Shown one piece after another: positions 49,492 to 63,520 of a stretch of DNA of 64,000 nucleotides (position 1 is the first letter of the stretch; every line of letters starts with the position of its first letter). The stretch spans positions 97,280,001-97,344,000 of the forward strand of contig NC_087436.1 of NCBI RefSeq assembly GCF_036321535.1, read 5' to 3'. The notes beneath the pieces were generated by a model. That model was not told the DNA's origin. It was given only the letters and a program-made list of their open reading frames with translations, and made no database searches. Made by a program: the position numbers and the translations under genes. The DNA is from Camelus dromedarius. Taxonomy: Eukaryota.

Positions 49492-50002
49492 TGTTACTGA
49501 GCCCAAGCTTGTACTGCTCACCACACGACAGGTCCATAAATAGAGATGAGTTGTTGGGGTGAGACATAGTGACTTTATTTGGAAAGTCAGCAGACTGAAA
49601 AGATAGTGGACTAGTATCCCAAAGAACCATTTTACCTGAGTTAGAATTCAGGCTTCTTTTATACTAAAAGGGGAGGGGGCATGGCTGGTTGTTGCAAACT
49701 TCCTGGTGCCTGGCAGACCCCCGAGGGCATGTGATAATCCTTTGTTCTTGCCACTGTCCATGTAGGTCTGGTCACGATATTCCTGTAAAACTCCAAGACA
49801 AATATTCTCTGTTCTGCAACTTATGATCTCTATGCAAATGAAAAGTGTTATACCTTTCAAGGTCAGAGCCTTGAGAGTGGGCTAGCCTGTATATTTCAGG
49901 CTACAGGAAACATTCTCAACTTACAGCAAAAGCAATAGAATACAAAGGTTAATGTAAAAAAACAGATCCAATATGGAGTCAGATTTGTTCTTCCCTGTTA
50001 CT
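49492..50002 (-). mobile_element. ERV1-class solo LTR
   Basis: TGTTAC...TGTTACT ends, 4-bp TSD GTCC; minus-strand AATAAA (~49575) and TATA (~49660). Confidence 0.85.
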
Positions 50003-51099
50003 GTCCTAGCTGTGACCCTCTGCCTGAGATTTAAAACACAAGCACTGGTTCTGAACCAATCCTGCCCCCAACTGCAACTGTTCATTTCCATCCCATAGTT
50101 GAGATCATGGGGGCCTTGTAGTGACTCATCAGCCCAGTGAGTTCTCACCAAGCTTGTATTCTCCATGGTTGCACAATATTGTGCAAGGGCTCGCAATGTT
50201 AGTTATTTTGCCCTATTTTAGTCATTGTTAGAAAAGTGAAAAAATAAGTTTGTGTGTTTATGTAAATGACAATAAAAGCTGTTCAAGAGAAAAGATTTGT
50301 GAAACTGTGACCTACACAAAAGAGAAGTAAAATAATGTTTATCAATTTGATCCAGGAAGTGTGGAGAAACAAGTTTGAGACAGAATTTGATTGTATATTT
50401 AGAACAGTTTACATCTTATGCCATGTATTCATATTATCCAAAAGTGAGTGCTGAAGTAAGAAGCCTCAGCTGCAACCTCACAAGGAGTGAATTGAGGTCC
50501 AAGAACACTAAATATTAGGACTCTGCTCCCTCATACAGCCAGAGAATGTTGATGGCTGCATACCAATCCATACGTTCCCTTATCTATAGGTTGTCATTAT
50601 GGTTAATGACCCTGCATGCAGCAAGAATGTTGGGGAGAGGAGAGTGGGAGGGATGACAGACCCCAAGTCACCAGGATGCTGAGCTCCCTCCCTGCCCTTT
50701 GCCCTCTCTCCGTATCGTTGGGTCCCATCCAAGCCCTGGACACACGGCAGAGCTAGAGGCTCCTCCAGCTCAATCTCATGTTTAATTTTCATTGCACTGG
50801 GATTGAGAGAGAGAAGGACTCATCCATTCTCTTATTTCTTGAGGGAATTTGGATCAAGGTTCACATTTTAAGTTTAGGATTTGGATCAGAGACAGAGGAA
50901 TTTGATGACTGCTTCCGGGAGTGGGGTTTGCTGGGAGAAAGGCAGGAATGGGGCACGGAGGGCCCATGGAGGGCTCTGGGTACAGAGCTCTTATTAGGGG
51001 ACAGGATGAGAAGAAAAAAAAAAAGAGTTAAAAAAAATAGGAGTAAAAAAAATACACTCTTGTCAAACAAGAGTGTACTGGACATAAGAAATTACTGAA

Positions 51100-54000
51100 G
51101 GAAAAGGCAAAATAATGTTAGCAATTAAGATTAAATTAGAAGTAGATCAACTGAAAATATAATAAATGGATTTTCGGCAAGATATGAGAATATTTATGAA
51201 AACAAAACCTTAAAAATAGCTAAAAAGATCACAGAGAGTAGTAATTTTTAATAAAGAAAAAGTCAAACATACTTGAATTCAGTGCAGAAAAACCAAACAA
51301 TGCAATGGAATTAATACTTAAAACTATTTTCCAAGAAAACTCCATGAAACTAAAAGACTTGCAATTATATATTAAAATACCTGGTGTACCCGGAAAGATT
51401 GATTCAGATTTGTCATCTCAAAGGACATAGCAGAAGTATTTGGTTTTAAAGATAACATATTCCCCCAGAACATCAATAAAATACAGAAAAAAAACCAGAA
51501 AACCAAGTCACTTACATAGAAAAAAATCATTTAACTGCAGATTTTTTGACAATAACATACAATTGAAGACGATCTTACAATAGCATTAAAAACAAAAAAC
51601 AAAAAACAAAAAACGCGAGAAAAGCAGTACGTGAGCCAAGGATTTTATTTCCAACCAAACTCTCCTTCAATTATCATGGTTATAGGAACAGATATAAACA
51701 TGCCCAAACTCAAGAAATACTGTATCCAAAAGCCCTTTCTGTGTAATATACAAAAACATTGAGTGTCATACAACCAAGAGTTGACTCTGTAATGTTTGGC
51801 AAAAGAATTTAGAGTGACTATTGAATATATTTAACTGTATATAGAAAAAAGTCAAGGGTAGAAGAATAGAATATAATTGTTATCTGCCCTGATATTAAAA
51901 ACTAATAATGCTGCAGAAAGGAGAAAGAGAAGGTAAAGGAGCTGAAATAAGCTCGGAAATGGTCATGTAAAAAATAGGTGGAGACAGTGGGTACCATTGT
52001 AAACTGATAAACTAAGTACAGATTTCCCCACTATCTGAAAGGAAGGCATGCCTATGAAATCTTTCGTAAGCAGAAGTGGTGTAGAGCAAGAAGACATTAC
52101 CTTAGAACACATGTTGCTAAGGGATGCACAGATGCTCACAGTCACAGTTCAAAGCTATGGCGGCTTGATGCTGAGTGCAATTCCTGGGAAAGGAGCTGGG
52201 TGGCGCCACTCTCACTGCTTGGGGTGTGCGCTGCCTCTCTACAACTGCAGCTGCAAAGCAAATACTAAGCACTGTTTTCGCTTTTCACCTTTTTTCATAA
52301 AAGTGAAAATTCTCTTCACATTTCTTTCAGGTAATGAAAACAGGTACTAACGTAGGTCTTTCATAGACGAGAGGCAGCAGAACTTCTGAAAAGCAGGGAA
52401 TACCTGTAGGGGAAACTAAGTAAGGGAAGGAGGACCAGGAACGTTAGCAATGTTATTAAAAAGGTAATCTCTGGAAGGAAACCCCAAACCTTCACACGTG
52501 ACAAAAGAAACAGAAAAGGAGAGAATAAAACAGAATGCATTTAGATGGGAAAAGTAGATGTAAAATGTTAGACCCAATTAAGAAGTAACATATCAATCAT
52601 CAAAGCACAAATGCGCTTAACTCACCTATTGAGAGAAAGAGCATTTTAAATTGCCTTATTGACCAAAGATCAACTCTGTTTTAGACAAAAGACATAGTAA
52701 AATAAAATTACTCATTAAGACTAAAAATAGAAGGGTGGGCAAAAAATGTATGGGACAAACGTACACCATAAAGTGAAGCTAACTAGAAACCAAGGGTTCT
52801 AATCTGAATACAGATGAGGTGGCATTCAGACCAAAAAGCATTAAAAGTGACAATGGTGAATACCTCAAAATATTGCAGAATGAAATGTATAATGTTGATG
52901 TGAATAATTATGTATATGCATCAAATAACACAATTACATAAAATGAAAGCTGCAGGTGGTGCAAGGAGAAATAAACAGAAACACATAAATAATAAGAGAT
53001 TTTAACCTTTAGCATCTTTAACACACTATGGTTAGTCCAAGAAAAGCTGTCGACAAAAAATAAGGATATAGGAAATCTAAATAATGCAAAGAATAAAGTA
53101 AGTTTTATTGATATGTGTAATATGTATTTATATATGAAACTTTACATGCTAATAACACAGAATATACCTTATTCTCAAGCACTCAGTTTTCACAAATTGA
53201 TTACGTGTTAAGTATCAAATAATGCCTCATTAACATCCTTAAAGTAGAAATAATCCAAACATATTCCTCAATCACAGTACAATAAACTAGAATTATTAGT
53301 AAGAAAAAAGCAACACTTCCATCTGGTGGGAAATCTGTCTTACAGCTCTAGGGGAAAAGATAAAATAGAAACGAAAATGATAAAATTTATGAAAAATAAA
53401 AAGAATTAAGGAGATAAGGCACTAAATAAATTCATACTTAAAACCTAGTAAGAGAAAAATGAAATAAAAGTAAATGCAAAGATTTAAGAAAAAAATAGGT
53501 ACACGATTAGTGAGAGAAAAGAGGACAAAATTAGAATTAAAAAAACTGATTCTTTAAAAAAATAGACAAAATATTAGGCAACCTAATAAAAACATAAAAG
53601 GAGAAAGTACAAATTTATAAGTAGAAAAATGACAAAATGAAAATAACCAATGAAAAAAAATTTAGAAAAATCATGAGAGATTACTGTATATAAGTACATA
53701 CAAATTATACTGGAAAATTTAAAGGAAAAACATACAATGAAAATAAAATTTACCAAATTTTACTAGAGTAGAGATAGAATGGTTAAACTAAGCTATTTTC
53801 ATGAAAGAACTTTTTTCAACTAATACTATTCAAAACAGCACCATATGTAGCTGCTTTCATGGAGGAATTCTTACCACATTGCAGAGACTAGATAATCATA
53901 ATAATAATGCTAAACAAATTTTTCCAGAGAGGGAAAAAGAAATTTTTGAATGCTTTTAATGAAGCAGATGTAACTTTAATATTTACAATGATAATAATAG

Positions 54001-54130
54001 CACTTAGAAATATAGATGTCAAATTATAAATAAAACATTAGCAAGTAAAATCCAGTACCACCTTAAAAAAATATACATTGTAGACCAGTGAGATTTAATC
54101 TGGAAATGCAAGATTAGGTCAATATTAGCA
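51100..54130 (+). mobile_element. Very old L1M (ORF1 to start of RT), highly degenerate
   Basis: gagccaaggattttatttcca...ctccttcaa (ORF1), ttaactcacctatt and gcattcagaccaaaa (EN), gaccagtgagatttaatctggaaatgcaag (RT start). Confidence 0.7.
52019..52406. mobile_element. TcMar-Tigger MITE inserted in the old L1
   Basis: TA on both sides; imperfect TIRs cagatttccccactatctgaaag / cttctgaaaagcagggaatacctg. Confidence 0.8.
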
Positions 54131-54218
54131 TATCCATTTAGTACCTCAGTCCTAAAGCCAGTAACATACCCAGTGATTTACTAAGTAAATATTTAGTGGC
54201 ATTCCCACTGGTTCCTTC

Positions 54219-54350
54219 CAGGGATGTCTTAATGTGTGTGCATTCAGTTCAGTCACAAGGTACTCATGCTTAAAAGAGCCCACACTTGTTTTAACACTCT
54301 GCTGTAGCCATCTTGAAATTCTTACTTTTTTTCACAAGTGGTCCCACATT
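54219..54350 (+). mobile_element. MER91A-like hAT MITE fragment
   Basis: cacttgttttaacactctgctgtagccatcttgaaattctta. Confidence 0.7.
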
Positions 54351-54354
54351 CCGC

Positions 54355-54540
54355 ATAGGCAGATCTGGATTTGAACCTTAGCTCTGTCACTCATTATCTA
54401 CCTGTCCTTGGGCAAGCCACTTAACTTCTCTGTGGCACGCTATTGTGCAGTGCGCTGGTGGAGACTGAAGTTGGTATATGACAATGCCAGGTGCATGGTA
54501 AATACCACAGTAAGTGATAGTTACATGGTAATTGTTATTG
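54355..54540 (+). mobile_element. MIR
   Basis: ctggatttgaacc...ccttgggcaagccacttaacttctctgtg. Confidence 0.75.
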
Positions 54541-54582
54541 CTGTTGTTGTGGTGGTGGTGGTGGTGGTAGCTGTGGTTGTGG
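54534..54582. repeat. (GTT/GTG)n microsatellite
   Basis: gttattgctgttgttgtggtggtggtggtggtgg. Confidence 0.85.
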
Positions 54583-54837
54583 CTAATTTTTTTTGCCAAG
54601 GTTTAGTCTTGGTTTCAAAAAAAAAAAAGAGTAGGCAACTCCATTTGAAATATCAGAGACAACTTTATAGGGAAAGAAATTCTGTAGCTGAGTCTTGAAG
54701 ACTGAGCCCAGTCAGCCATGAAGAAGAAAGTCATTCATGATGGAGGGAATAGCAGATGCAAAATCAGGAGACTTGTAATCAGATGGGCATCTACAGAAGT
54801 AGCATGGGCATGGATTTGGGTGGATTTGGGTGGATTT

Positions 54838-55022
54838 TGCTTTGAATCTCCCATCCGCTAGATGTATGACCTTGGGCAAATCACCTCACCTCTCTGTGCC
54901 TTTGTTTCTCCATCTTTAAAAAGTTGAAATGACAATAGTATCTATTTCATTGGGTTATTTTGAGAATTAAGAGAGTTCATATATGTAAAGTACATAAATA
55001 AGCACTTAGCAAATTGTAAATG
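54838..55022 (+). mobile_element. MIR
   Basis: tgaccttgggcaaatcacctcacctctctgtgcctttgtttctccatctttaaaa. Confidence 0.8.
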
Positions 55023-57022
55023 CTAAACTGGTGATATAGAGATATTTTTAACCAAGGAAATCTGAGTCAGACAAGAAGTTTAAAAGAAGAAGGCCAGGGC
55101 CACAGAGGGTTAGTCTGCCATGCTAAAGACCCTGAATGCAATCTCATAGGCAGTGGAAAGTCATTAAAGTGTTTAAGCATAATTGTGACAGGATCTGACC
55201 TGCCTTCTAGAAAATTTGCTATGACAGCATTATTGAGACATGAAGAACTGTGGAATGAAAGCTGACTTCCAGTTACTGTTGCTCTCCCTGCTGGCACACC
55301 TGACAAAGACAATTTCCATCTCTAGTGTAAGTGATAGTCAGCATTGGGCAGATACATTTTCAGCTCAAGAAGGTGCCTTCCGGCCACAACCTTGGTCTTG
55401 GGAGGCACCCTGGTGGAGGCCCAGCCATAATTCACGTCCTAAACACTGCTTACATCCCGCAGCCAAGAAAGAGTCAGAATGTGCTCTAGATTATCACTCT
55501 TCATTAATATCTTTTCCAAACCAACTCCAGGCTTGTGGAGTCTGAGTCAGTCCCCTGCTGAGGGCTTTAACACTTCCAGTCCCCTGTTACCCAGTAGATG
55601 TCCTCACCACTTGCTAGAGCTGCCAGCGGGTCCTTGGACGTGCTCACTGTCGCTCACTGTGTAACGGCAGCCAATAAACCATGTTTACAGAGCATCCACC
55701 GTGCTTAGAGTGCGGGAATGTGGCTACAGAAAACTGCCACAGCAAAGAAAGCAATGGGAGACGCTTGTACCTCTTGCGTAGCAGTCTGACACCCTGTCAT
55801 TGCATAAGCTCTTCCAGGCTAGTAAGAATTATTCAATTCAGCTAAAAATGTGACATGTAGACGACCCCCTCTACCTGTTTCTAAGGTGTTTGACAGGCAG
55901 GGAGTCACCAGGCATTGGACAATTCAGAGAGAATATTAGAAATTCTCTTTATGAGTCAAAGAAAATGTCAATGTTTCACACATGATTAATCATCTCTGGT
56001 TTCCAATTTGATTTATTTACTCAGTCTTGACCAGCAACAATGGTTTAAAATAGTGAAAAACACATTTGGAGTATTATTTTTCATTTAAAAACTTTCAATA
56101 GCATCAATACTAAATATGTTATTTCCTCCAGCGGCTTGGGAGGTTTTGTTTTGTAAGATAAACTCTCTGAAACGCTTTGAACTCTCAAAGAGCAAAAAAC
56201 ATGGTGAATACAATAAAATTGCATTTTGAAGATTTATTTTTTTATAATGTATCCTGGCACCACCCATTTCATTATTTAAGGTATTCTTAAGATAGTTTGA
56301 AAGATATTTTAAAAAGTCATTAACATTTAAAACCAAGCTTCTTTGTTACATGTAGAGATAAATTATCTTTTTTGGGGGTAATATTTTTCCTGAGTATATA
56401 AAAACCATTTTACATAATATCATTACCTCATTGTCAATCACTGAGTAATACTGAGCTGTTGTATGCAGTTACATTTGGCATTTCAAGTTTTTGTCTGCAA
56501 AAGATAATTCCCCACAACTATTCCATAATTGTATTTACAAAGATAGAAACTTGTTACAGGCCTCAACCTTGTCCAGAAAAAAATGAGATTGAACAGAGTG
56601 TCAGATTGTTCATCTCTTCTGAAAGAAAAACATTCTGGAGATCCGGTTTGTGGGACAACAACATGCATTTAACAAAACAAAAAATAATCAATTTCATGCC
56701 AGTGACAGGAGGTGATTCAGCTAGCTGGCTGGCAATAAAGGTTGTTTAGCAGGTTTCAGACTCCTAATTGGGTGTCTAGCTTGTTAAGTAGCATCTGGTC
56801 TTTAATTAGTTGAAAAATTATTACCACTAAGAGTTGCTTTAAAAAGAAAAAGAACAAAATAATTAAAATGTTAGAATCCATATGGCGGGTGCTTAGCCGC
56901 ACTTGTCAATAGCTGTTTTCCTTCTTTATCACTAATATGTTTAAAATATTCCCATGTTACTTACTTTTTAAAGTGTACCTCACATAAATGTAAAATCCCC
57001 AATACACCCAGAATGGAATAGC

Positions 57023-57046
57023 AAAAAAAAAAAAAAAAAAAAAAAA
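57023..57046. repeat. Poly(A) tract
   Basis: Uninterrupted A run with no recognisable SINE/LINE body upstream. Confidence 0.9.
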
Positions 57047-57549
57047 GCTGCTTGCCATTTAAAAATTATTTTTGACTATGAAATTATCTCCAATATCCCA
57101 CACCTCATGGATGGAATATGTAATTGATAAGTAAATCTTATAGCAGTCCTCATTATTGAAAAGATTAGGAAATCCCCTATTTGCTTTAAACACGACACTG
57201 GTGAAAGTGTGAGTGCCTCACAGATGACAGGAAAAGTGCCTGTGAACACAGATTCCATTTAATGATTAGCAGAAATTTAATATTGCCAGCATTAGAGGAA
57301 ACCCCAATTTGCCATGGTTTTGTGATTATATTTCTACTTTACTTAGAAATACATTTTTTAAAATATAATATGCTATGTAGTAATAAACCAGTCTACCTAC
57401 ACACTGTGCATGCCATGCAAATCTACAGTGAATGACACTCATATATGAGAATGCTCTTAACTCCTGTGTTGACAAAGCTGTGCTGCTTAGACCAAATAGT
57501 TCAAAAAACATTTTGCTTTTTATTTTTAATCTCTTTTGGTTGAGGGTGG

Positions 57550-57740
57550 TGGTATAGTAGAAAGCGTATGTGTTTTAGTGCCAGCAGAACTGGATTCAAG
57601 TTTTTTCTCGCCCTTTTACTGACCTAATGTACCTTAAGTCATCTTTGTCTCTATTTTTTCTTCTGTGATAGAAGAATCATGAAATCCAACCTGTTAGATT
57701 TTAGTGACCTCTACAAAGTACACAGCACGGTTTCTCAAAT
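57550..57740 (+). mobile_element. MIR, degenerate
   Basis: gtatagtagaaag...gaactggattcaagt...ctattttttcttctgtga. Confidence 0.5.
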
Positions 57741-59591
57741 GTATTACCCACTTCATAAATACTTTTCTTATACTTATTTCTAAATTTGTGTAATGCATTT
57801 CAGTAATCTGTGAAAATCAATTTGGGGGTTCACTTCATGCTCTTATGACATAATATCAATGAAGAATGAATTATATAAGATCCAATGTCATTCTAAACAA
57901 GTATATCATTTATTTACCAATCTCTGAGACTTGGATACTTTTTGTAACATGAAATTTGATTTTTATGCCATTTCACCCCCTGGTTATTAGAGGTAATGAG
58001 ATTGATTTGAATGGAAATTTCAGTATAATATTTATTCTTCATCCTCTGAAACTTCTAACTTGCATGAAGGGGAAGCATTCTCATAAAGGTATTCAAATCA
58101 ATTCTTTACATGTATCTATGTTTTAATTTGCAGGTGCTTAATGAACAGAATCACAGTCATGCCCAACATGGTGGTCTTTTGTGGCTACTCTGGGACAACA
58201 AGTCTTCTCTCTTGACAGAATGAGAACCTCATTCTTTAATTCTTCTTTAAATCACTTCTTCTCCTTGTTTTAATATTAGTTCTTCAAATTCATTGCAGTA
58301 TATTTCAACGAATCCTTTCCAACAAAATGTTATGAATCAACATTTGTCACCACTTTCCTGCTTACTTTTCAGCACTCTCTGTAGTCTCTGCCCATGAAAT
58401 TTCTCCATCACTACCTTCTGCCTGTTGCTGACTTCACTGCTGATGCTCTGCAAATATCAAATTATCACGATCAGGCAATGCCAATTGGGAGAAACCCTGA
58501 CATGTGGTATAGTAAGATGCAAATCAGGCAATATAGATTAATAGCAAACATTTGGTTGACATGTCTAATTTCACTTGGGTTGAAACTAAAACTTTATTGC
58601 TCTCCTCCATGGTCTGCTGTACTGCCAGCTGCCTTTTCTACAGATGCTCTCAACATATGAGATGGAGGCTGAGCATTAACCCCCTGCTGCTTATCAACAA
58701 GATGCCAGTGATCATGCAATAATTTGCTCTCTTTTCAAGACCTAACTTGATATGACATGATGGAAAACCGCATCGCCATACACTGTTACAAGTGTCTGTA
58801 ATTACCACTGCTATACAACTAAAAGATTCAGCTCACTCATCCCATCGCTCTTGGAGGATCCCCGAGTGACATTTTACTTTTCCCTGCCCCTGGTTTTCCC
58901 GCATTCGTGACAGCTGGGAAACTCTTTGGCGTAATCATGAACAGCCTAAGCAGGACATTTAAAGTTTCACTATTCTGGTCTGTGGGCTCATGGTGACTGT
59001 TTCTTGAGCTAGTTAAGAACAAGATATAAACAATAGTGGAGGATTCCCTGACGGCTGTGTCCTGGCGGGACTGGAGAGGGGAAGAGAGCAGTGGCAGCCT
59101 GCATTGGACTCTAGGATAAACACAAATCTAGAGGGGAGCTTGCCTCAGGGAATTCTGTAGAGTTTCTTGGTTTTTCTCCTAAAAGTGTTTTCTGATTTTT
59201 GCCTAAAGACACCATTCTTACCAGAAGCTCCCAAGTTCTGAGTTTTTTCTCTTACAACCTTGAAGTGAGTTTAACACAACATGCCAAATCTCTGTTATCC
59301 TTGCTCAACAATCAAAATAGACTATCTTAAGTTGTCTATGCTTTCTCCCCTGCCCCCTTTTATCTGAAAATAATGTTTTTTCTTAAACTTTCATTGTTCC
59401 TTTTTAGAACCACCTTTCCATTGTGCCCTCTGGAACTTGACTCTCCTCGGAAGTTAATGCTTCCTGCAACTTTCTTGAGAAAAGATTATTTTTCTGGAAA
59501 CTGTCTTGAGATGTAGTTGATGTCCTTATAACTCTCCACTGTTAATCTAAACCATTACTTCCTCGCTTTCAAGTAAACACATTTGCTTTTG

Positions 59592-59592
<1 letters not shown>

Positions 59593-59615
<23 letters not shown>
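59593..59615. repeat. Poly(T) tract
   Basis: Uninterrupted T run. Confidence 0.9.
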
Positions 59616-59622
<7 letters not shown>

Positions 59623-59699
59623 CCTTAACCCCTGTCCCAGCTGCCATCCTTGTTTTGTTGCTGACTCCCCACTCACTGAAAGCATGGGATAGGTGTCAG

Positions 59700-61118
59700 T
59701 CTTCCTTTTCAGGTGAAACCCTTGCAGATTTCAGCTGAATCATTTAGTTGCGTAGCCGTGGTAATTAGCATAGGCCAACAGTCTTCCTTTTCCTGCCAAG
59801 TTCAACCATCATCCTTGATAAGATTTATCCAACATCCTAGTCTCTTGTTCTTTAATCTTCTAATGTCAAATGATCTGATCTTCCACTTTACAACAGCCAC
59901 CTACATGTATGACTATAATCCTTAAACATGCATGTCTATAATCCTTAAATATGCATTTAGCTAGAATTATAAGCCTAGTTTTAGATAATACTTTAGTCTC
60001 CTTCCTCCTGCCCCTCTCAACTATTTCCAACATCAACTCCTCTGCCTCACTGATATGTTTACACTTGGGTCTCTTGTCTTCCCCTGTCTACTTGCAATCG
60101 CCAGTCTTGGTTTCCTTTTCAATATAGCATATATTGTATGTTGTTTTAAAAATTTGTACTCTTTGTCTTTCAATGCCCTCAACATTCTTGCCCTATTAAA
60201 CTTCTGTTTCGCTTGACTGGAAAACTCAAAACGTGGTTAAGTTTGTCCGATTGCCTGCTCCTCATGTGCATCTGGATGCTGAGTGATGCTGAAAAAAGTG
60301 AGAAAAAAATTTTGTGCCACCATAAACTCATAAACATTGAACTCCTTTCTGGATAGCCCCACGGCATGTTTCACAGGCACCTCTAAGTCAGCATGGCCAA
60401 GAGAACACATCGTCTTTGCTCCCAAACTATTCCTTGTTTTCCTAGTAATTGAGCGGCATTAACATCCAGCAAGTTTCTCAAACATCTAAATTCTCTCTTT
60501 CCTTCACATCATCAATCAGTCATCAGTTGCCTCCTCACTGGTCTTCCTGCTTCCACCCTTTCTTCTCTATGCTCTATTCTTCTGCTCAGAAATCCTTCTT
60601 CAACAATAGCTAAAGTACTTACAATGGCCTTTTAAAAATGTCTTACAAGGTCCCAGTGTGAACTCTTTACTCTTTGATCTTTTCTCTACATTTTTCCTTT
60701 ACTGTCTACATAGCATGCAGTGATTCCTTGGGAACATCAAGCATATTTCTGCCCAAGACTTTTGCACGTGCAGTTCCCTCTGCCTGGAACAGAACAGTTC
60801 ACAGAAAGCTCTTATCAGTTTCTTAAGTCTCTGTTTAATATTAGCATATAAATTAGATATTTCATGACATCAACTTGCTACTAAGTAGCAGCACCTCCCA
60901 TCTTCTCACTCCTTTTATCTTCGTTATCCTGGTTTGTTTTACTCCATATTGCTGTCACAGTCTGACGTATAATAGTGTGGCTGTTGTCTGTCTCTCCCCA
61001 GTAGTGTAAGATGCATGAGGGAAAAGACTTAATTTTGTTTACTGCTATATGCCAGCACCTACAACAATACTTAGCATATAGGAGACTCTACAGTATTTGC
61101 TAAATGCATGAATGAATG
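59700..61118 (+). mobile_element. L2 relic with 3' tail
   Basis: catctggatg...caggcacctctaagtcagcatggcca...ctcctcactggtcttcctgcttcca...gcagttccctctgcctggaac...tgcatgaatgaatga. Confidence 0.75.
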
Positions 61119-61649
61119 AGCCTACCTTATTTAAAATGCACCAAAATTAATGATTTGATAAGAAGCATATCAATTTTTCATTTTTCTTTTGACACTGAAT
61201 TGAATATATATTCAAAAGTTAGTTTCATAAAAATTTATAATTTTTTTTTCTTCTTTAAGTTTTTAACTGTCACTTTATGTCTTGGGCTTCAGGCTTTTCA
61301 GGCTTGTGTGTTCAAATAACATATGGTAGAACAAATGAGCATGGGTTTGACACAAGCTGACCTTTAAATGACAATGAGAGCGAAAGGGCAGAATGCATGT
61401 GACCTTGTCAGACACTTATGAGAATAGAAAATTTCCAGCAGCCTCAGAACAGGTCAAAAAAAGTGTTCAATAAATATAGTGGGGAACCAACTGAAAGTTT
61501 TTCATCGAATGAGGGTGATAGACAGAGGTCTCTTGAAGAATATGTAATGAGGATCATCCAAATCATTCAAACTGAAGACTGGCCAAGCTTTTGTGTGATT
61601 TATTTCACATTTTCAAGGATGACATGATCATTATGGAGAAATAATATAT

Positions 61650-62545
61650 TTTTAAAGGTAACTCATGATCATGTTATAAAAAATTCAAAGAGTATCAAAG
61701 AAATAAAGCTCCAGGTCTTCTTTACCCTACGTACCCCTTAGCTCTCTGATTCCCTTCCTCAAAGACACCCACTGGCGCTAATTAATTTTATCAATTTCTA
61801 GAGATCTATGTGGACACAATATGAATTATATTTTATTTAAAATTTTCTTAACTATGAAAGATGTCAAATAGGCAAGAATTGTAAAAGATAATAGAACAGA
61901 CACCAATGTACACATGAAACAGATTTTATGAATATTCATATTTGTCCAAATTGTTTGGTATATGTAAAAAACCCCAAGATATTACAGATTCAATTAAACC
62001 ATTCTTACCTTTGCAGTCCCAGAGATAACACTATCCTGAGGTTGATCCACATCTTTCCTAACAATAGTTCCCGTATTCTTACTTACATATCCATTCATAA
62101 TAATATATAGTATCATATTACGTCTTAAATTTACTAAGTCCTAAAATACATATGTATCATTTTGTAACTTGATTTTTCATTTGACATTATAACTTCAAAA
62201 TTAGTATGTATTAATGCATATAGCTCTAGTTCATTCATTTTAACTAACTACAGTTCCCCATATGTAAATGTATTCCAATTTATGTATTCAGTTGATGGAC
62301 ATTAAATTGGTTTCTGACTTTTCCATTTATAGACAATTCTGTCATTTACATCCTTAAACTTGCTTTCCTGTACGCATGTGCAAGGTCTTCTTTAGACTAT
62401 ATCTATGGGTGAAATTGCTAGTTGGGAAGATACATGTGTATTTGATTCTGATTGATATTGACAAACTTTTCTTGAAATCTATCAAACTTTTTACACCACC
62501 AGCAGCACTCTACATATTTACACATATTCTTGCCATTCTCTATCC
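61650..62545 (-). mobile_element. Old L1ME-like 3' region
   Basis: tagctctagttcattcattttaact...gttgatggacatt...gtgaaattgct...acaccaccagcag. Confidence 0.7.
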
Positions 62546-62547
62546 AC

Positions 62548-63058
62548 ATATTTGGATAGAGATTGAAAACATGACAACAACAGTTTGAAGCTACTCCCTT
62601 CAGGAAGTAGAGTCTATTTCCCACCCACTAAATTTGGGCTTGCCCTGTAATAGGATTTGACCAGCACAATATGGTGGAAATTACATTATGTGAGCTCCAA
62701 AGCTTAAATCTCAAGAGATCTTGCAGATTCTGCCTTCCCCTATTTGGAACATATATAATATTATGTGATGAAAACTAGTCTGTGTTACTAGAGATAGACA
62801 CAGCATATGAAGAAGAAAAGAGATACCACGGCCAACAGCCAGACATCTGAGTGAGGCCACCTTGGATCATCCAGCCCCTTGAAACCATCAGAAGACTGTA
62901 ACTGCATGAGTGGTCCCAAGGAAGACTAAAAGAAGAACTGCCCAGCTGAGCCTAGCCCAAACTGCTCATCCAGTATTATGGGTAAAACAACTAATGGTTG
63001 TTGTTTTAAGCCACTGAGTTTGGAGATGGTTTGTTATACAGCAACAGATTACTCAATA
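62548..63058 (+). mobile_element. MaLR LTR (MLT1G/H-like)
   Basis: gaagtagagtctatttccc...tgagtgaggcc...gaactgcccagctgagcctagccc...ttttaagccactgagtttgg...tttgttatacagcaacaga. Confidence 0.85.
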
Positions 63059-63164
63059 TCCTTGATGTTACCAGAATTTAATTTTGCTAACCCAATTGGG
63101 ATCTTTCTGTTAATATGGTATTTCTCATTTATCTAGCATCGTTTAATCTCCTTCACATCAGAAG

Positions 63165-63520
63165 AATGATTTCAGATATCAATCAATAGAATGTGATCAA
63201 TAGAGAATCCACCTAATTGTGGCTTACACAGAGGGAATAATTTTTCTTACATAACAAGAAATCTGGATCCAGGCCATTGCTGACACATTTTGTAAGTCAA
63301 TGTCATGTTCAGCATCTCTGTGATTCTCTTAACTTTCCCCTCGTGGTTGAATGTTTAATGTAGGAGTTTCACATAGCACATCTGCATGCATTGGAAGGCA
63401 AGAAGTCAGGGGTGGCATGGGATAGAACATTTTTCCTTATGTACCATGGCCTTCCTAATTTTAATAGGAAAATCTTTCAAAGAAAGTGTATCCAGTTAAG
63501 GACTACACAACCCTTTGAGT
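63165..63520 (-). mobile_element. Old MaLR LTR (MLT1J/K-like)
   Basis: agagaatccacctaattgtggctta...ttttcttacataacaagaaatctgga. Confidence 0.45.

Noticed and set aside
54387..54698. Poly-His and poly-Val ORFs
   Set aside because: Translation of a GTG/GTT microsatellite adjoining a MIR.
59912..59957. 23-bp tandem duplication (ctataatccttaaa.atgcat); also tggatttggg x3 at ~54811
   Set aside because: Ordinary slippage duplications with no spacers; not CRISPR-like.
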